This document shows positions 19,051 through 28,030 of a stretch of DNA of 64,000 nucleotides, piece after piece. The position numbers and the translations under genes were made by a program. The DNA is from an uncultured bacterium (lineage in GTDB: Bacteria > Acidobacteriota > Vicinamibacteria > Vicinamibacterales > UBA8438). The stretch is from assembly GCA_963934795.1 (NCBI GenBank), contig CAWWAF010000001.1:15815-79814 (forward strand), given 5' to 3'. Below the pieces are notes generated by a model that was not told the origin of the DNA, searched no databases, and worked only from the letters and a program-made list of their open reading frames with translations. The stretch's first letter is position 1. Each line of letters starts with the position of its first letter.

Positions 19051-19452
19051 TCACCGTGGCGGACGTTGCACGGTGAAGGTGACGGTGCCAGACTGTTTCT
19101 CGCTGTCGGCGCGGTCAACGGTCCAGGTCATCGTCCACTCGCCATTGGGCATGGGTCCGGTGACCCGACCCATAAGATCATTCTCCCCCATGGTGTGGAG
19201 GCCCTCGATCCTGGCGCGGTTGCCCGGCCCGGAGATCTCGAGCGTGCTCCCCTCAACGGGCGGGGCGAGGTCGAACCAGACCCGTACCGTTCGGACCGGC
19301 CCGTCGAGCGCGGCACCATCCTCCGGCGTGCTGCCAGCCAGCGTGATCTGAGCGGACACCGGTGTCGCCAATAGGGCGAACAGGGCGACCGCCGCGAACG
19401 CCCGAGCCATACGGGCAAGCGGTCTGCGCCGCTCCGAAAGTACATCCGTCAT
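19051..19452 (-). CDS. CopC-domain-like periplasmic protein lacking the N-terminal His.
   Basis: 133 aa with signal peptide ..LATPVSA|QITLAGSTPEDGAALDGPVRTVRVWFD. It has a CopC-like beta-sandwich pattern (NGEWTMTWTV) and is convergent with copC. Confidence 0.65.
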   Translation of the reverse strand: MTDVLSERRRPLARMARAFAAVALFALLATPVSAQITLAGSTPEDGAALDGPVRTVRVWFDLAPPVEGSTLEISGPGNRARIEGLHTMGENDLMGRVTGPMPNGEWTMTWTVDRADSEKQSGTVTFTVQRPPR

Positions 19453-19505
19453 GTCAGCTTCCTTTCCGATGCGAAGCGCGTCCGCGATCCGGTCCTGCCG
19501 ACTTC

Positions 19506-21146
19506 CTACCGCTCTTGCATGTGCGGATAGCGATAGTCACGCGCCGGCGTGAACGTCTCTTTGGTCGTTCGGGTGCTGACCCACCGCAACAAATTCTGGG
19601 CGCTGCCAGCCTTGTCGTTGGTACCTGACGCGCGTGAACCGCCGAACGGCTGCTGCCCGACGACGGCGCCCGTCGGCTTGTCGTTGATATAGAAGTTGCC
19701 CGCGGCGTGGCGCAGCCTGGACGAGGCCACATTGATGGCCGCGCGGTCCCGCGCGAACACGGCCCCGGTCAACGCATAGGGCGATGTGCGATCGCACAAC
19801 TCAAGTGCCTGCTCGTAGTCGGCGTCCTGGTACACGTAGACGGTCAGGATCGGACCGAATAACTCGGTCTCCATCGTCGCATAGCGCGGGGCATGGGCCT
19901 GGATGATCGTGGGCGCGATGAAGTAGCCGACGCTGTCGTCACACACTCCGCCGCAGATGACATCGGCATCCGTATCAGTCTTCGCCCGGTCAATGTAGCC
20001 CTTGAGTGTGTCGAACGCGGACTTGTCGATGACCGCGCCCATGAAGTTCCTGAAGTCGGCGACATCGCCGTAGGGTATCGCTTCGACCTCACTCACCAGC
20101 CGATCACGTAGATCGGTCCACAGACTTGCGGGAATATAGGCACGACTGGCGGCGCTACATTTCTGGCCCTGGTACTCAAACGCGCCGCGAATCAGATTCG
20201 CCGCCAGTTCCTCCGGGTCCGCCGACGAGTGGGCGAACACAAAGTCCTTGCCGCCGGTCTCACCGACGATGCGGGGATAGCTCTTGTATCCGGCGATGTT
20301 GGTGCCCACCGTGCGCCACATGCCTTGAAATACCGGGGTACTGCCGGTGAAATGAACTCCAGCCAGGTCCGGGTGCGCCATCGCCGGGTCGCCAATCTGC
20401 GCGCCCCCCCCCGGAACCAGATTGATGACACCAGGCGGAAGACCGGCCTCTTCGAGCAGTTGCATCAACCAGTAGGCTGAAAAGACGGCGGTCGAGGCTG
20501 GTTTCCACACCACGGTGTTCCCCATCAGCGCTGGGCTCGTCGGCAGATTGCCCGCGATCGACGTGAAATTGAACGGTGTGACCGCGAAGACGAATCCTTC
20601 AAGCGCGCGGTACTCGACGACATTCCATATCCCAGGCGCGCTCTGCGGCTGCTGCTCGTAGATCTCAGGCAGATACGACACATTGAACCGCCAGAAATCG
20701 ATCAGCTCGCAGGCGGCGTCGATCTCGGCCTGAAACGCGGTCTTGCTCTGATTGAGCATGGTCGCCGCGTTCAACACCTGGCGATACCGGCCGGCCAGCA
20801 GTTCCGCAGCTTTCAGGAAAATTGCCGCCCGAGACTCCCACGGCATGGCGCTCCATTCGGGGCGCGCCGCCGCGGCGGCCGCGGTCGCCTGGTGCACGGT
20901 CTCGGCATTCCCACGGTGATATGTGGCCAGCTGCCGCTGATGGTCGTGCGGCACGATGCAGGTGCCGACGTCACCGGTCGCCACGTCCCGACCACCGATG
21001 ACGAGCGGAATCTCTACCGAGGACGTGCCGAACGCGTCGAGCTGCGCCTTGATAGCCGTCTTCTCCGAAGATCCTGGCGCATAGCTCAGGACCGGTTCAT
21101 TGAGGGGAGTCGGGACTGTGACGCGGGCGTTGTGCATCGGGGACAC
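19506..21146 (-). CDS. pruA: L-glutamate gamma-semialdehyde (1-pyrroline-5-carboxylate) dehydrogenase.
   Basis: 546 aa in the aldehyde dehydrogenase superfamily. N-terminus PTPLNEPVLSYAPGSSEK. Contains ETGGKDF, EYQGQKCSAASR and FGGSRASGTNDKAG. Confidence 0.9.
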   Translation of the reverse strand: MSPMHNARVTVPTPLNEPVLSYAPGSSEKTAIKAQLDAFGTSSVEIPLVIGGRDVATGDVGTCIVPHDHQRQLATYHRGNAETVHQATAAAAAARPEWSAMPWESRAAIFLKAAELLAGRYRQVLNAATMLNQSKTAFQAEIDAACELIDFWRFNVSYLPEIYEQQPQSAPGIWNVVEYRALEGFVFAVTPFNFTSIAGNLPTSPALMGNTVVWKPASTAVFSAYWLMQLLEEAGLPPGVINLVPGGGAQIGDPAMAHPDLAGVHFTGSTPVFQGMWRTVGTNIAGYKSYPRIVGETGGKDFVFAHSSADPEELAANLIRGAFEYQGQKCSAASRAYIPASLWTDLRDRLVSEVEAIPYGDVADFRNFMGAVIDKSAFDTLKGYIDRAKTDTDADVICGGVCDDSVGYFIAPTIIQAHAPRYATMETELFGPILTVYVYQDADYEQALELCDRTSPYALTGAVFARDRAAINVASSRLRHAAGNFYINDKPTGAVVGQQPFGGSRASGTNDKAGSAQNLLRWVSTRTTKETFTPARDYRYPHMQER

Positions 21147-21252
21147 TCACCCGTATTCTCCCACAGCCTGCATCGCTGAGGCCCGTGTACAGCGGGCGGT
21201 TACAATCAAGCAGCGCGCTGCCGCGCCGCACCTTCCCTGCCAGAGATCCTGA

Positions 21253-23700
21253 TTGTTCTCGACTGTGTCTTCGACTGCCCGTGCTCTCGCTCTTCTGTTG
21301 GGCGCGGTGCTGCTCACGCCGGCATCCACCACAGCCCAACCGCCGTCCAGCGTGACGGGCCAGGTCATCGATGGTGTCACTGAGGCGCCGTTGGAGGACG
21401 CGCGTGTCGAAGGCGCCACCGACACGGTCGTCACCGAGTCTGGCGGTCGTTTCTCCATCGACGTAGGAGCGGCCGAGACCACCTTGCGGGTTCGGGCGAC
21501 CGGCTACCTGGACACGGTCGTGCCCGTCGACAGCCTAGAGCTGGTCATTCGGTTGTTTCCCAACAGGTTCGCAGAGACCGTCGAGGTGGTCTCTGCACCC
21601 GATGCGCAGGAGCGGCCCTCGTCGACACCGGTGAGTCCAGCCGAGGTCTTTCGCGCCCCCGGGAGTATCGACAATGTCTTTCGGACGCTCAACACCCTCC
21701 CGGGGGTCGCCTCCACGGACGACTTCGGTAGCCGGCTCGCGGTACGCGGCGGCACCCCGGACCAGAACTTGACGGTGATGGACGGCATCGAGGTGCACAA
21801 TCCGTATCGCCTCTTCGGCATTGCCAGCGCATTCAACCCAGAAACCGTCGAAGGTTTTCAACTCAGCGCCGGCGGCTTTGGGGCTGCTTACGGCGACCGG
21901 CTGTCGTCGCTGCTGATCGTCGAGAACCGTCCGGGGCGTCCGACATTCGCGGGGGCCGGATCGGCGAGTGTGACGGACGCCAACGTCGTGCTGGAAGGAG
22001 CCACGCCGGGCGGACACAACGGCACCTGGCTTGTCAGCGCCCGCCGCACCTACTACGACCTCGTCGCGGGGCGCCTGCAAGATCAGAATTTTCCATCGTT
22101 CGCGGACCTCCAACTGCGGGCGGGCTGGGAGTTTGGGCCGGGCCACCGTCTGACCCTGACCGGACTTCGCAGCGTGGAGGACGCCGACCTGGACATAGAC
22201 GGCGACCGGGACGACGAGCGGGCGGCGCTCGGGTCAGACGTGACGAACGGGCTTGCCTCGGCCCGGTTGGACGCGGTGCTCGGGGCGCGCGCCACGTCGA
22301 CGACCATCGTGTCCTGGTATCGCAACCGGGAGCAGCTCAACTTCGACGGCCTCGTGCGCGCGGACGCGAGACGTTCGAATGCACCGGACAACGATGTCGC
22401 GTTCGAGCTCAGCACGATTCTGTTCGACCGCTCGCTCGATATCGGCGACGTCTCAGCCCGGCAAGAGCTTGGCGTACAGGTGTCTCCCCGTCATCTGCTC
22501 GGCGCCGGCATCGAGGTGCACCGCCTTGATACGCGCGTTGGATTCACCCTCAGGGGCGACAGGAACGACACGCAGGCCAACGGATCGAGCATTCAGGGCG
22601 GCGCCGGACTCCCGGACGACCTGCAGTCTGCACTCCGCGGGACTCGCGGCGGCCTCTGGCTCAAGGACACGTACACGCCGTCATCCCGCGTGTCGTTCGA
22701 ACCGGGCCTGCGTCTGGACTGGAGCACCATCAACGGCGACATGGCACTGTCCCCCCGGATCGCGCTGAGCTACGCCCTGGGCCGCGGCGCCCGTGTGCGC
22801 GCCGCGGGCGGGTTATACACGCAGAGCCCCGGCTACGAGAAGCTCACACAGTCGGACTACTTCATCGACCTGTCCGGGGCCCATGACGGTGGTCTGCTCC
22901 ACGAGAAAGCCACGCACGTCGTGGTTGGCCTGGAGCAGGCGCTGGGTCGGGACCTGACTGCGCGGATCGAGGGCTACTATAAGGGTTTCAATGATCTACT
23001 CTTGGGCCGCCTCGAGAACGAGTCTGAACGACTCGAGCGAGTGTCTCAGTACGATTTTCCGGAGCCCTTGCGCGACGACGTGCCCACGGCGCCGCTGATT
23101 TTGAGCGCCCCGACGAACGACGCCGGTGGCATCGCCTACGGCCTGGACCTGTTCTTCAGCCACAGCAACGACGCGGCGCCACTCACCGGATGGCTCTCGT
23201 ACGCCTGGGGACGGGCCACGCGCGAGAGTTACGGTCGACGGTACGCCTTCGAGTACGACCGCCGCCACGCATTCAACGCGGTCGGCCGATACCGGCTCAC
23301 CCGTCGGTGGGACGTGGCCACGACGTTCCGCGTCGCCAGCGGCTTTCCGCACACCGCGCCACTCGGGGTCCGGGTTTCGGCGGTCGAGGACGACCGGGGC
23401 CGGCTCGTGCCAGGGACCGACTCTGTCGGGAATTTGATCTACACCGTGGACTACGGCGGCCTCGACAACCTGAACGCGGCCAGACTGCCCCACTATGCCC
23501 GAGTCGATGTCCGGGGAACCTATCGGAGAGGCCGCTGGTCGTTCTACGTTGAGGTGCTCAATCTGTTGGGTCGAGACAACGCGGTTGTCCTGGAGCCACG
23601 ACTCCGACACAACCCGGACGCGGCCCTGCCGCAGGTCTTTGAGACGGCGTCTCAAGGGTTCCCGCGCATACCGACATTCGGGCTGCGCGCACGCTTCTGA
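21253..23700 (+). CDS. TonB-dependent receptor with an N-terminal carboxypeptidase-regulatory-like domain.
   Basis: 815 aa. Signal peptide, then VTGQVIDGVTEAPLEDARVE. Plug region (PGVASTDDFGSRLAVRGGTPDQNLTVMDGIEVHNPYR). Ends in a beta-barrel terminal ..GLRARF. Confidence 0.9.
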   Translation: MFSTVSSTARALALLLGAVLLTPASTTAQPPSSVTGQVIDGVTEAPLEDARVEGATDTVVTESGGRFSIDVGAAETTLRVRATGYLDTVVPVDSLELVIRLFPNRFAETVEVVSAPDAQERPSSTPVSPAEVFRAPGSIDNVFRTLNTLPGVASTDDFGSRLAVRGGTPDQNLTVMDGIEVHNPYRLFGIASAFNPETVEGFQLSAGGFGAAYGDRLSSLLIVENRPGRPTFAGAGSASVTDANVVLEGATPGGHNGTWLVSARRTYYDLVAGRLQDQNFPSFADLQLRAGWEFGPGHRLTLTGLRSVEDADLDIDGDRDDERAALGSDVTNGLASARLDAVLGARATSTTIVSWYRNREQLNFDGLVRADARRSNAPDNDVAFELSTILFDRSLDIGDVSARQELGVQVSPRHLLGAGIEVHRLDTRVGFTLRGDRNDTQANGSSIQGGAGLPDDLQSALRGTRGGLWLKDTYTPSSRVSFEPGLRLDWSTINGDMALSPRIALSYALGRGARVRAAGGLYTQSPGYEKLTQSDYFIDLSGAHDGGLLHEKATHVVVGLEQALGRDLTARIEGYYKGFNDLLLGRLENESERLERVSQYDFPEPLRDDVPTAPLILSAPTNDAGGIAYGLDLFFSHSNDAAPLTGWLSYAWGRATRESYGRRYAFEYDRRHAFNAVGRYRLTRRWDVATTFRVASGFPHTAPLGVRVSAVEDDRGRLVPGTDSVGNLIYTVDYGGLDNLNAARLPHYARVDVRGTYRRGRWSFYVEVLNLLGRDNAVVLEPRLRHNPDAALPQVFETASQGFPRIPTFGLRARF
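23640..23654. promoter_or_regulatory. Candidate distal operator site TGAGACGGCGTCTCA, a perfect palindrome, inside the 3' end of the TonB-receptor CDS.
   Basis: Same TGAGAC-N3-GTCTCA pattern as the site at 23798..23812. Lies about 100 nt upstream of the predicted feo -35 element. Confidence 0.35.
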
Positions 23701-23755
23701 AAAGAGGTCGCCGTCGACCAGCTCCGAGAGCCCTTCTCGTGACGTCCCGGACCTG

Positions 23756-23783
23756 TTGACCGACCAAATTGGCGCGATATAAA
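23756..23783 (+). promoter_or_regulatory. Predicted sigma70-type promoter of feoAB (TTGACC-N16-TATAAA).
   Basis: TTGACC at 23756..23761 and TATAAA at 23778..23783, in a locally AT-rich stretch. The -35 context TTGACCGACCAAATTGG resembles TTGACGACCAAAGTGG in the promoter at 60456..60484. Confidence 0.45.
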
Positions 23784-23797
23784 ATGAGCTCCGAAAC

Positions 23798-23812
23798 TGA
23801 GACTGAGTCTCA
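23798..23812. promoter_or_regulatory. Palindromic operator TGAGACTGAGTCTCA just downstream of the predicted feoAB -10 element.
   Basis: Perfect inverted repeat TGAGAC/GTCTCA, 14 nt after the -10 and 22 to 37 nt before the feoAB start. Related sites lie at 23640, 60428 and 60492. Confidence 0.55.
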
Positions 23813-23848
23813 CTTCTTGGATCCGCACGGTGGGTGGCCTCGCCACCG

Positions 23849-26383
23849 ATGCGAGGAGCATTTCGCCCCGTGCATCAGGGTCTCCGCACGCTCGACCAGC
23901 TTCCGATTGGCACCCACGCGGTGGTCCACCACGTGGGGTGCGACCGCCCCGTCGCGCGCCGCCTCATGGAAATGGGGCTGCTGCCAGGCACCGCCATCGA
24001 AACGGTCCGCCGCGCGCCACTTGGCGATCCGCTTGAGATTCGTCTCCGCGGCTATCTGCTCTCACTGCGACTCGCCGACGCCGCACTGATCCAGCTGATT
24101 CCTGAGGGCCGAGCGGATCTCGTTGATGAGGTCGATGCAACCGATCGCGACCAGCTCTTGCAGTTTGGCGCCTACCCAAGCAAACCCAGGGCCGCGACCG
24201 ACCGGGTCCAGACGGTGCTCCTGGCGGGGAATGCCAACTCCGGCAAGACCACAATCTTCAATGCGCTGACCGGCGCCCGGGCCCAGGTCAGCAACTATCC
24301 AGGGGTCACCGTGACCCGCTCATCCCGACGCATCACCCTGCCAGAAGGCTCGCCGGTCGAAGTGGTGGACCTGCCCGGCACCTACAGTTTGAGCGCGAAT
24401 TCACCCGACGAGCAGGTGGCGGCCGACGAGGTGCTCGGGCGTCGAGGCGACCCGCCTGACGCCGTCGTGGTGGTGGTTGACGCCGGCGCGGTCGAACGCG
24501 GCCTCTACCTGGTGCTCCAAATCGTCGAAACGGGGGTACCCGTCGTCGTCGCCCTCAATATGATCGACGAGGCGAGCGCCGGGGGTACCGACTTCGACAC
24601 GAAGCGACTGGGCCAGTGGCTCGGGGCCACTGTTGTCCCGACCGTCGCCTCGCGAGGCCGCGGCCTGGAGGAGTTGCGCGAGGCCATCGACGCCACTCTC
24701 ACGCGCGGCCCAAGGACCGACTCGTCCAGGCCGGGATTGCCTGCCGACGCGGAACAGGACGTAGCCGCGGTGACCAAGGCGCTGGCCGACGCCAACTTTG
24801 GCCAGACCCCGGCGGTGCAACGCGCGTGGGCGGTGTGGTCGCTGTTGTCGTTGGAGCACGACGACGACGCCTCGGGGCTTCCCGAGCCGGTTCGCCGCCA
24901 GGTGCAGGCGATCCAAGACCGTGCGACACAGACACAGCGCAATCTCCACCAGGAACTCATTACCGCCCGTTACCGGTGGATTGAGACGGTGGCGGCCGAC
25001 GTTCGCACACAAGCGCGCGAAGATACGCGACAGTGGACCGAACGACTCGATGGGATCCTCATCCACCGTTTCTACGGCGTGGCGGCCTTCGCTGTGGTCA
25101 TGGCGGTACTGTTCGAAGCCTTGTTCAGCTGGTCTGAGCCTTTCATCGGCGCCATCGAGGGCGCGACCGGCTGGCTGCAAACCATGGTGGCCACAAGCCT
25201 TCCGCCGGGGGTATTGAACGACCTCTTGATTGACGGCGTCATCGCGGGTGTCGGCAATGTGGTGGTGTTCGTGCCGCAGATCGCGATGCTGTTTTTCTTC
25301 ATCGCGCTGCTCGAAGATCTGGGCTATCTGGCCCGCGTCGCTTTCGTCATCGATCGGCTGATGGGACGGGTCGGTCTGCATGGCAAGGCGTTCGTGCCGA
25401 TGTTGTCCGGGTTCGCATGCGCGATCCCTGCGGTCATGGCGACACGCACGATCGAGAGCCGGCGAGACCGATTGATCACGATGCTGACGCTGCCGATGGT
25501 CTCCTGCAGCGCGCGACTCCCGGTCTACGCCCTGGTGACCGCCGTCGTGTTCGCGGGTGAGCCCCGCGTCTTTGGCTTGCTCAGCGTCGGGGCGCTCGTC
25601 CTATTTTCCATGTACACGCTCTCGGTCGTCGCCACCTTGGGCGCGGCGGCCGTCCTCCGGCGCACCGTGCTCACGGGCCCGCGGCTGCCGTTGGTGCTCG
25701 AACTCCCCCCCTATCGGGTACCGGTGTGGCGGAACGTCGCGCTGGTCACGTGGCGACGCGTGCGCAAGTTCCTCGAAGACGCCGGCACGATCATCCTCAC
25801 GATGACGATAATTCTGTGGGCGCTTCTCTCATTCCCGCACAGCGCGGAGATCGATACCCTGCATGACGCGTCGCGCGCGCAGGTGCTGGCGACGACGCCT
25901 GCGGCCGACCAGGAGGCCGCGCTGGCCGAGCTCGATGGCCGCCTCGCCAGCGACCAGCTACGCTACAGCGTGGGGGGCCGAATGGGCCGCCTTATCGAAC
26001 CGGTGCTCGAGCCACTGGGCTTCGACTGGCGAATCGGCGTGGGCATTCTCGGCGCATTCGCGGCCCGAGAGGTGTTTGTCTCGACCCTCGGCATCGTCTT
26101 CGGCATCGAAGCGGCGGACGAAGAAAGCGTCAGCCTGCGATCATCGCTACAAAACGCGACCCGTGTCGACGGATCCCCCTTGATGACCCCGCTGGCCGGT
26201 GTGTCTCTGATGGTGTTCTTTGTCCTCGCTTGCCAGTGCATGAGCACCATCGTAGTTGTGCGCAAGGAGGCGGGGGGCTGGGGCTGGCCTGTCTTCATGT
26301 TTAGCTATATGTCGGTGCTCGCCTACGTCGCCTCACTCGCGGTGTATCAAATTGGCTCCCTCATGGGATGGGGGACCGCATGA
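23849..26383 (+). CDS. feoB: Ferrous iron transporter: FeoA domain fused to FeoB.
   Basis: The N-terminal 80 to 90 aa match FeoA (LDQLPIGTHAVVHHVG...ARRLMEMGLLPGTAIETVRRAPLGDPLEIRLRGYLLSLR). Next comes the FeoB G-domain (VLLAGNANSGKTTIFNALTG...NYPGVTV...VVDLPGTYSL) and then a polytopic membrane domain. The ORF opens at 23834; ATG 23849 is preferred. Confidence 0.9.
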   Translation: MRGAFRPVHQGLRTLDQLPIGTHAVVHHVGCDRPVARRLMEMGLLPGTAIETVRRAPLGDPLEIRLRGYLLSLRLADAALIQLIPEGRADLVDEVDATDRDQLLQFGAYPSKPRAATDRVQTVLLAGNANSGKTTIFNALTGARAQVSNYPGVTVTRSSRRITLPEGSPVEVVDLPGTYSLSANSPDEQVAADEVLGRRGDPPDAVVVVVDAGAVERGLYLVLQIVETGVPVVVALNMIDEASAGGTDFDTKRLGQWLGATVVPTVASRGRGLEELREAIDATLTRGPRTDSSRPGLPADAEQDVAAVTKALADANFGQTPAVQRAWAVWSLLSLEHDDDASGLPEPVRRQVQAIQDRATQTQRNLHQELITARYRWIETVAADVRTQAREDTRQWTERLDGILIHRFYGVAAFAVVMAVLFEALFSWSEPFIGAIEGATGWLQTMVATSLPPGVLNDLLIDGVIAGVGNVVVFVPQIAMLFFFIALLEDLGYLARVAFVIDRLMGRVGLHGKAFVPMLSGFACAIPAVMATRTIESRRDRLITMLTLPMVSCSARLPVYALVTAVVFAGEPRVFGLLSVGALVLFSMYTLSVVATLGAAAVLRRTVLTGPRLPLVLELPPYRVPVWRNVALVTWRRVRKFLEDAGTIILTMTIILWALLSFPHSAEIDTLHDASRAQVLATTPAADQEAALAELDGRLASDQLRYSVGGRMGRLIEPVLEPLGFDWRIGVGILGAFAAREVFVSTLGIVFGIEAADEESVSLRSSLQNATRVDGSPLMTPLAGVSLMVFFVLACQCMSTIVVVRKEAGGWGWPVFMFSYMSVLAYVASLAVYQIGSLMGWGTA

Positions 26384-26574
26384 GTTGGCAGGAACCGATC
26401 GCGGCTCTCATCGTAGGGTTGGCGGTGGTGTCCCTGGTCCGGCATTTCCGTGGGCTGTTCGGCAGCTCGACACCAGACTCGCAGGCCTCCTGCCACGGGT
26501 GCGACAACTGCGACACCGACGCGGGACCCGAGCCGAACCCTCCCCCATTTCCGCCGAGTGCGCACACGCACTGA
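26380..26574 (+). CDS. FeoB-associated Cys-rich small membrane protein.
   Basis: The ATG overlaps the feoB stop (ATGA). Has one TM (MSWQEPIAALIVGLAVVSLVRHF) followed by CHGCDNC. This matches, from memory, the short FeoB-associated Cys-rich family. Confidence 0.65.
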   Translation: MSWQEPIAALIVGLAVVSLVRHFRGLFGSSTPDSQASCHGCDNCDTDAGPEPNPPPFPPSAHTH

Positions 26575-26590
26575 CAGCACGGGCCACGAC

Positions 26591-27094
26591 ATGCCCACTG
26601 CACATCTGATCTGCGGACTCCCGTGTTCCGGAAAGACCACCTATGCCGGTGGTCTGCATGCAGACGGAGACAGCGTGCTGTTTTCACTCGACCGGTGGCT
26701 GATCACGGCATTCGGACGCTATACGCTGTCCGACGTCGGTCAAGACGAGCATGTCAGACGTGTCCTCGCCTGCCGGGAACTCATCTGGGAGCAGTGCGTC
26801 GAGCTGTTGAGACGCTCCGTCGACGTGATTCTCGACGACGGCTTCTTTCTCCGGGAGAACAGAATCCAGTGCATTGAGGCGGCAAGGGCGGCCGGGGCCC
26901 AGGCCACGATTCATCTCGTTGAGACGCCAGTGGCCGTGATTCAGTCCCGACTGACATCGCGAAATGCGGCCCTGCCGCGCCACAACTTCGCGATTGACCC
27001 GGCCACTCTGCTGAGCTTTGTAGGGCTCTTCGAGCGCCCTTCCTCCGACGAAGGCGCCACACTCCTGGTGCCCCCCGTCTCCGGGACCGGCTAG
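26591..27094 (+). CDS. P-loop ATP-binding protein (AAA_33 / small kinase-like).
   Basis: 168 aa from ATG 26591. Walker A motif in MPTAHLICGLPCSGKTTYA; Walker B-like VILDDGF. Confidence 0.7.
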   Translation: MPTAHLICGLPCSGKTTYAGGLHADGDSVLFSLDRWLITAFGRYTLSDVGQDEHVRRVLACRELIWEQCVELLRRSVDVILDDGFFLRENRIQCIEAARAAGAQATIHLVETPVAVIQSRLTSRNAALPRHNFAIDPATLLSFVGLFERPSSDEGATLLVPPVSGTG

Positions 27095-27118
27095 CAGCCC
27101 ATGGCACACGTGCGTGGA

Positions 27119-27871
27119 TCAGTCTCGGCTCTGCAACTTGGCCAGCAGCCGCAAGATTTCGAGATACAACCACACCAGAGTGACCAGCAGGCCGAATGCC
27201 CCGTACCACTCCATGTACTTCGGCGCGCCACGCTCGGCGCCCTGCTCGATGAAGTCAAAGTCCAGAACCAGATTGAGCGCCGCGATCACCACAACGAACA
27301 CGCTGAAGAGAATGCCGAACGTGCCGCTCGAGTGAATCAAGGGAACGCTGATACCAAAGAACCCGAGCACGAAGCTCAGCAGGTAGACGAGACCGATACC
27401 GCCGGTCGCCGCGAACACCCCAAGCTTGAAGTTCTCTGTGGCGCGGATGATCCCGCTCCGATACGCGAAGAGGAGTGCACCGAGGGTGCCGAACGTCAGA
27501 AAGACCGCCTGCGCCACGATGCCGGGGTACATCTGCTCGAAGACATAGGAGATGCCGCCAAGGGCCAGCCCTTCGAGCGCCGCGTAGAGGGGGGTCGTGT
27601 ACGGCGCCCAGACCGGCTTGAAGGTGGTGACCATGGCGACAGCGAAGCCACCAATCACCCCGCCCCACATCCAGAACATCGGCAGCTGCCCCTGGGCGCC
27701 CTTGCCCCACACATACATCGCGGCCACGAGCAGCACGATCAGCGACATCGCCGTCTTGTTGACGGTGCCGGTGATCGTCATGGACTCATGACCAGCGAGC
27801 GGGGGCACCCGGGTGAATGTGTCTGCCGTAAGCGCGGGATTACCTGACCGTAGAGCGAGATGGGCTGACAT
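27119..27871 (-). CDS. Bax inhibitor-1/YccA-family membrane protein.
   Basis: 250 aa with 7 predicted TMs. GGAGA lies 7 nt before ATG 27871. Ends in the charged tail typical of this family, ...EILRLLAKLQSRD. Confidence 0.8.
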   Translation of the reverse strand: MSAHLALRSGNPALTADTFTRVPPLAGHESMTITGTVNKTAMSLIVLLVAAMYVWGKGAQGQLPMFWMWGGVIGGFAVAMVTTFKPVWAPYTTPLYAALEGLALGGISYVFEQMYPGIVAQAVFLTFGTLGALLFAYRSGIIRATENFKLGVFAATGGIGLVYLLSFVLGFFGISVPLIHSSGTFGILFSVFVVVIAALNLVLDFDFIEQGAERGAPKYMEWYGAFGLLVTLVWLYLEILRLLAKLQSRD

Positions 27872-28030
27872 GCGATTCTCCGTACCGAATCTTGATAAGC
27901 GAACCGAACGCGCGCAGGGCGCGAACAGGGCTCTCGCCCGCCATAATAGACACGACGGCGATCGGTAGCCTCTGGTTCCACTGTACAGAGCGGTACGCCC
28001 CTCGGCAACCGTCGACTTGACACGAGACCT

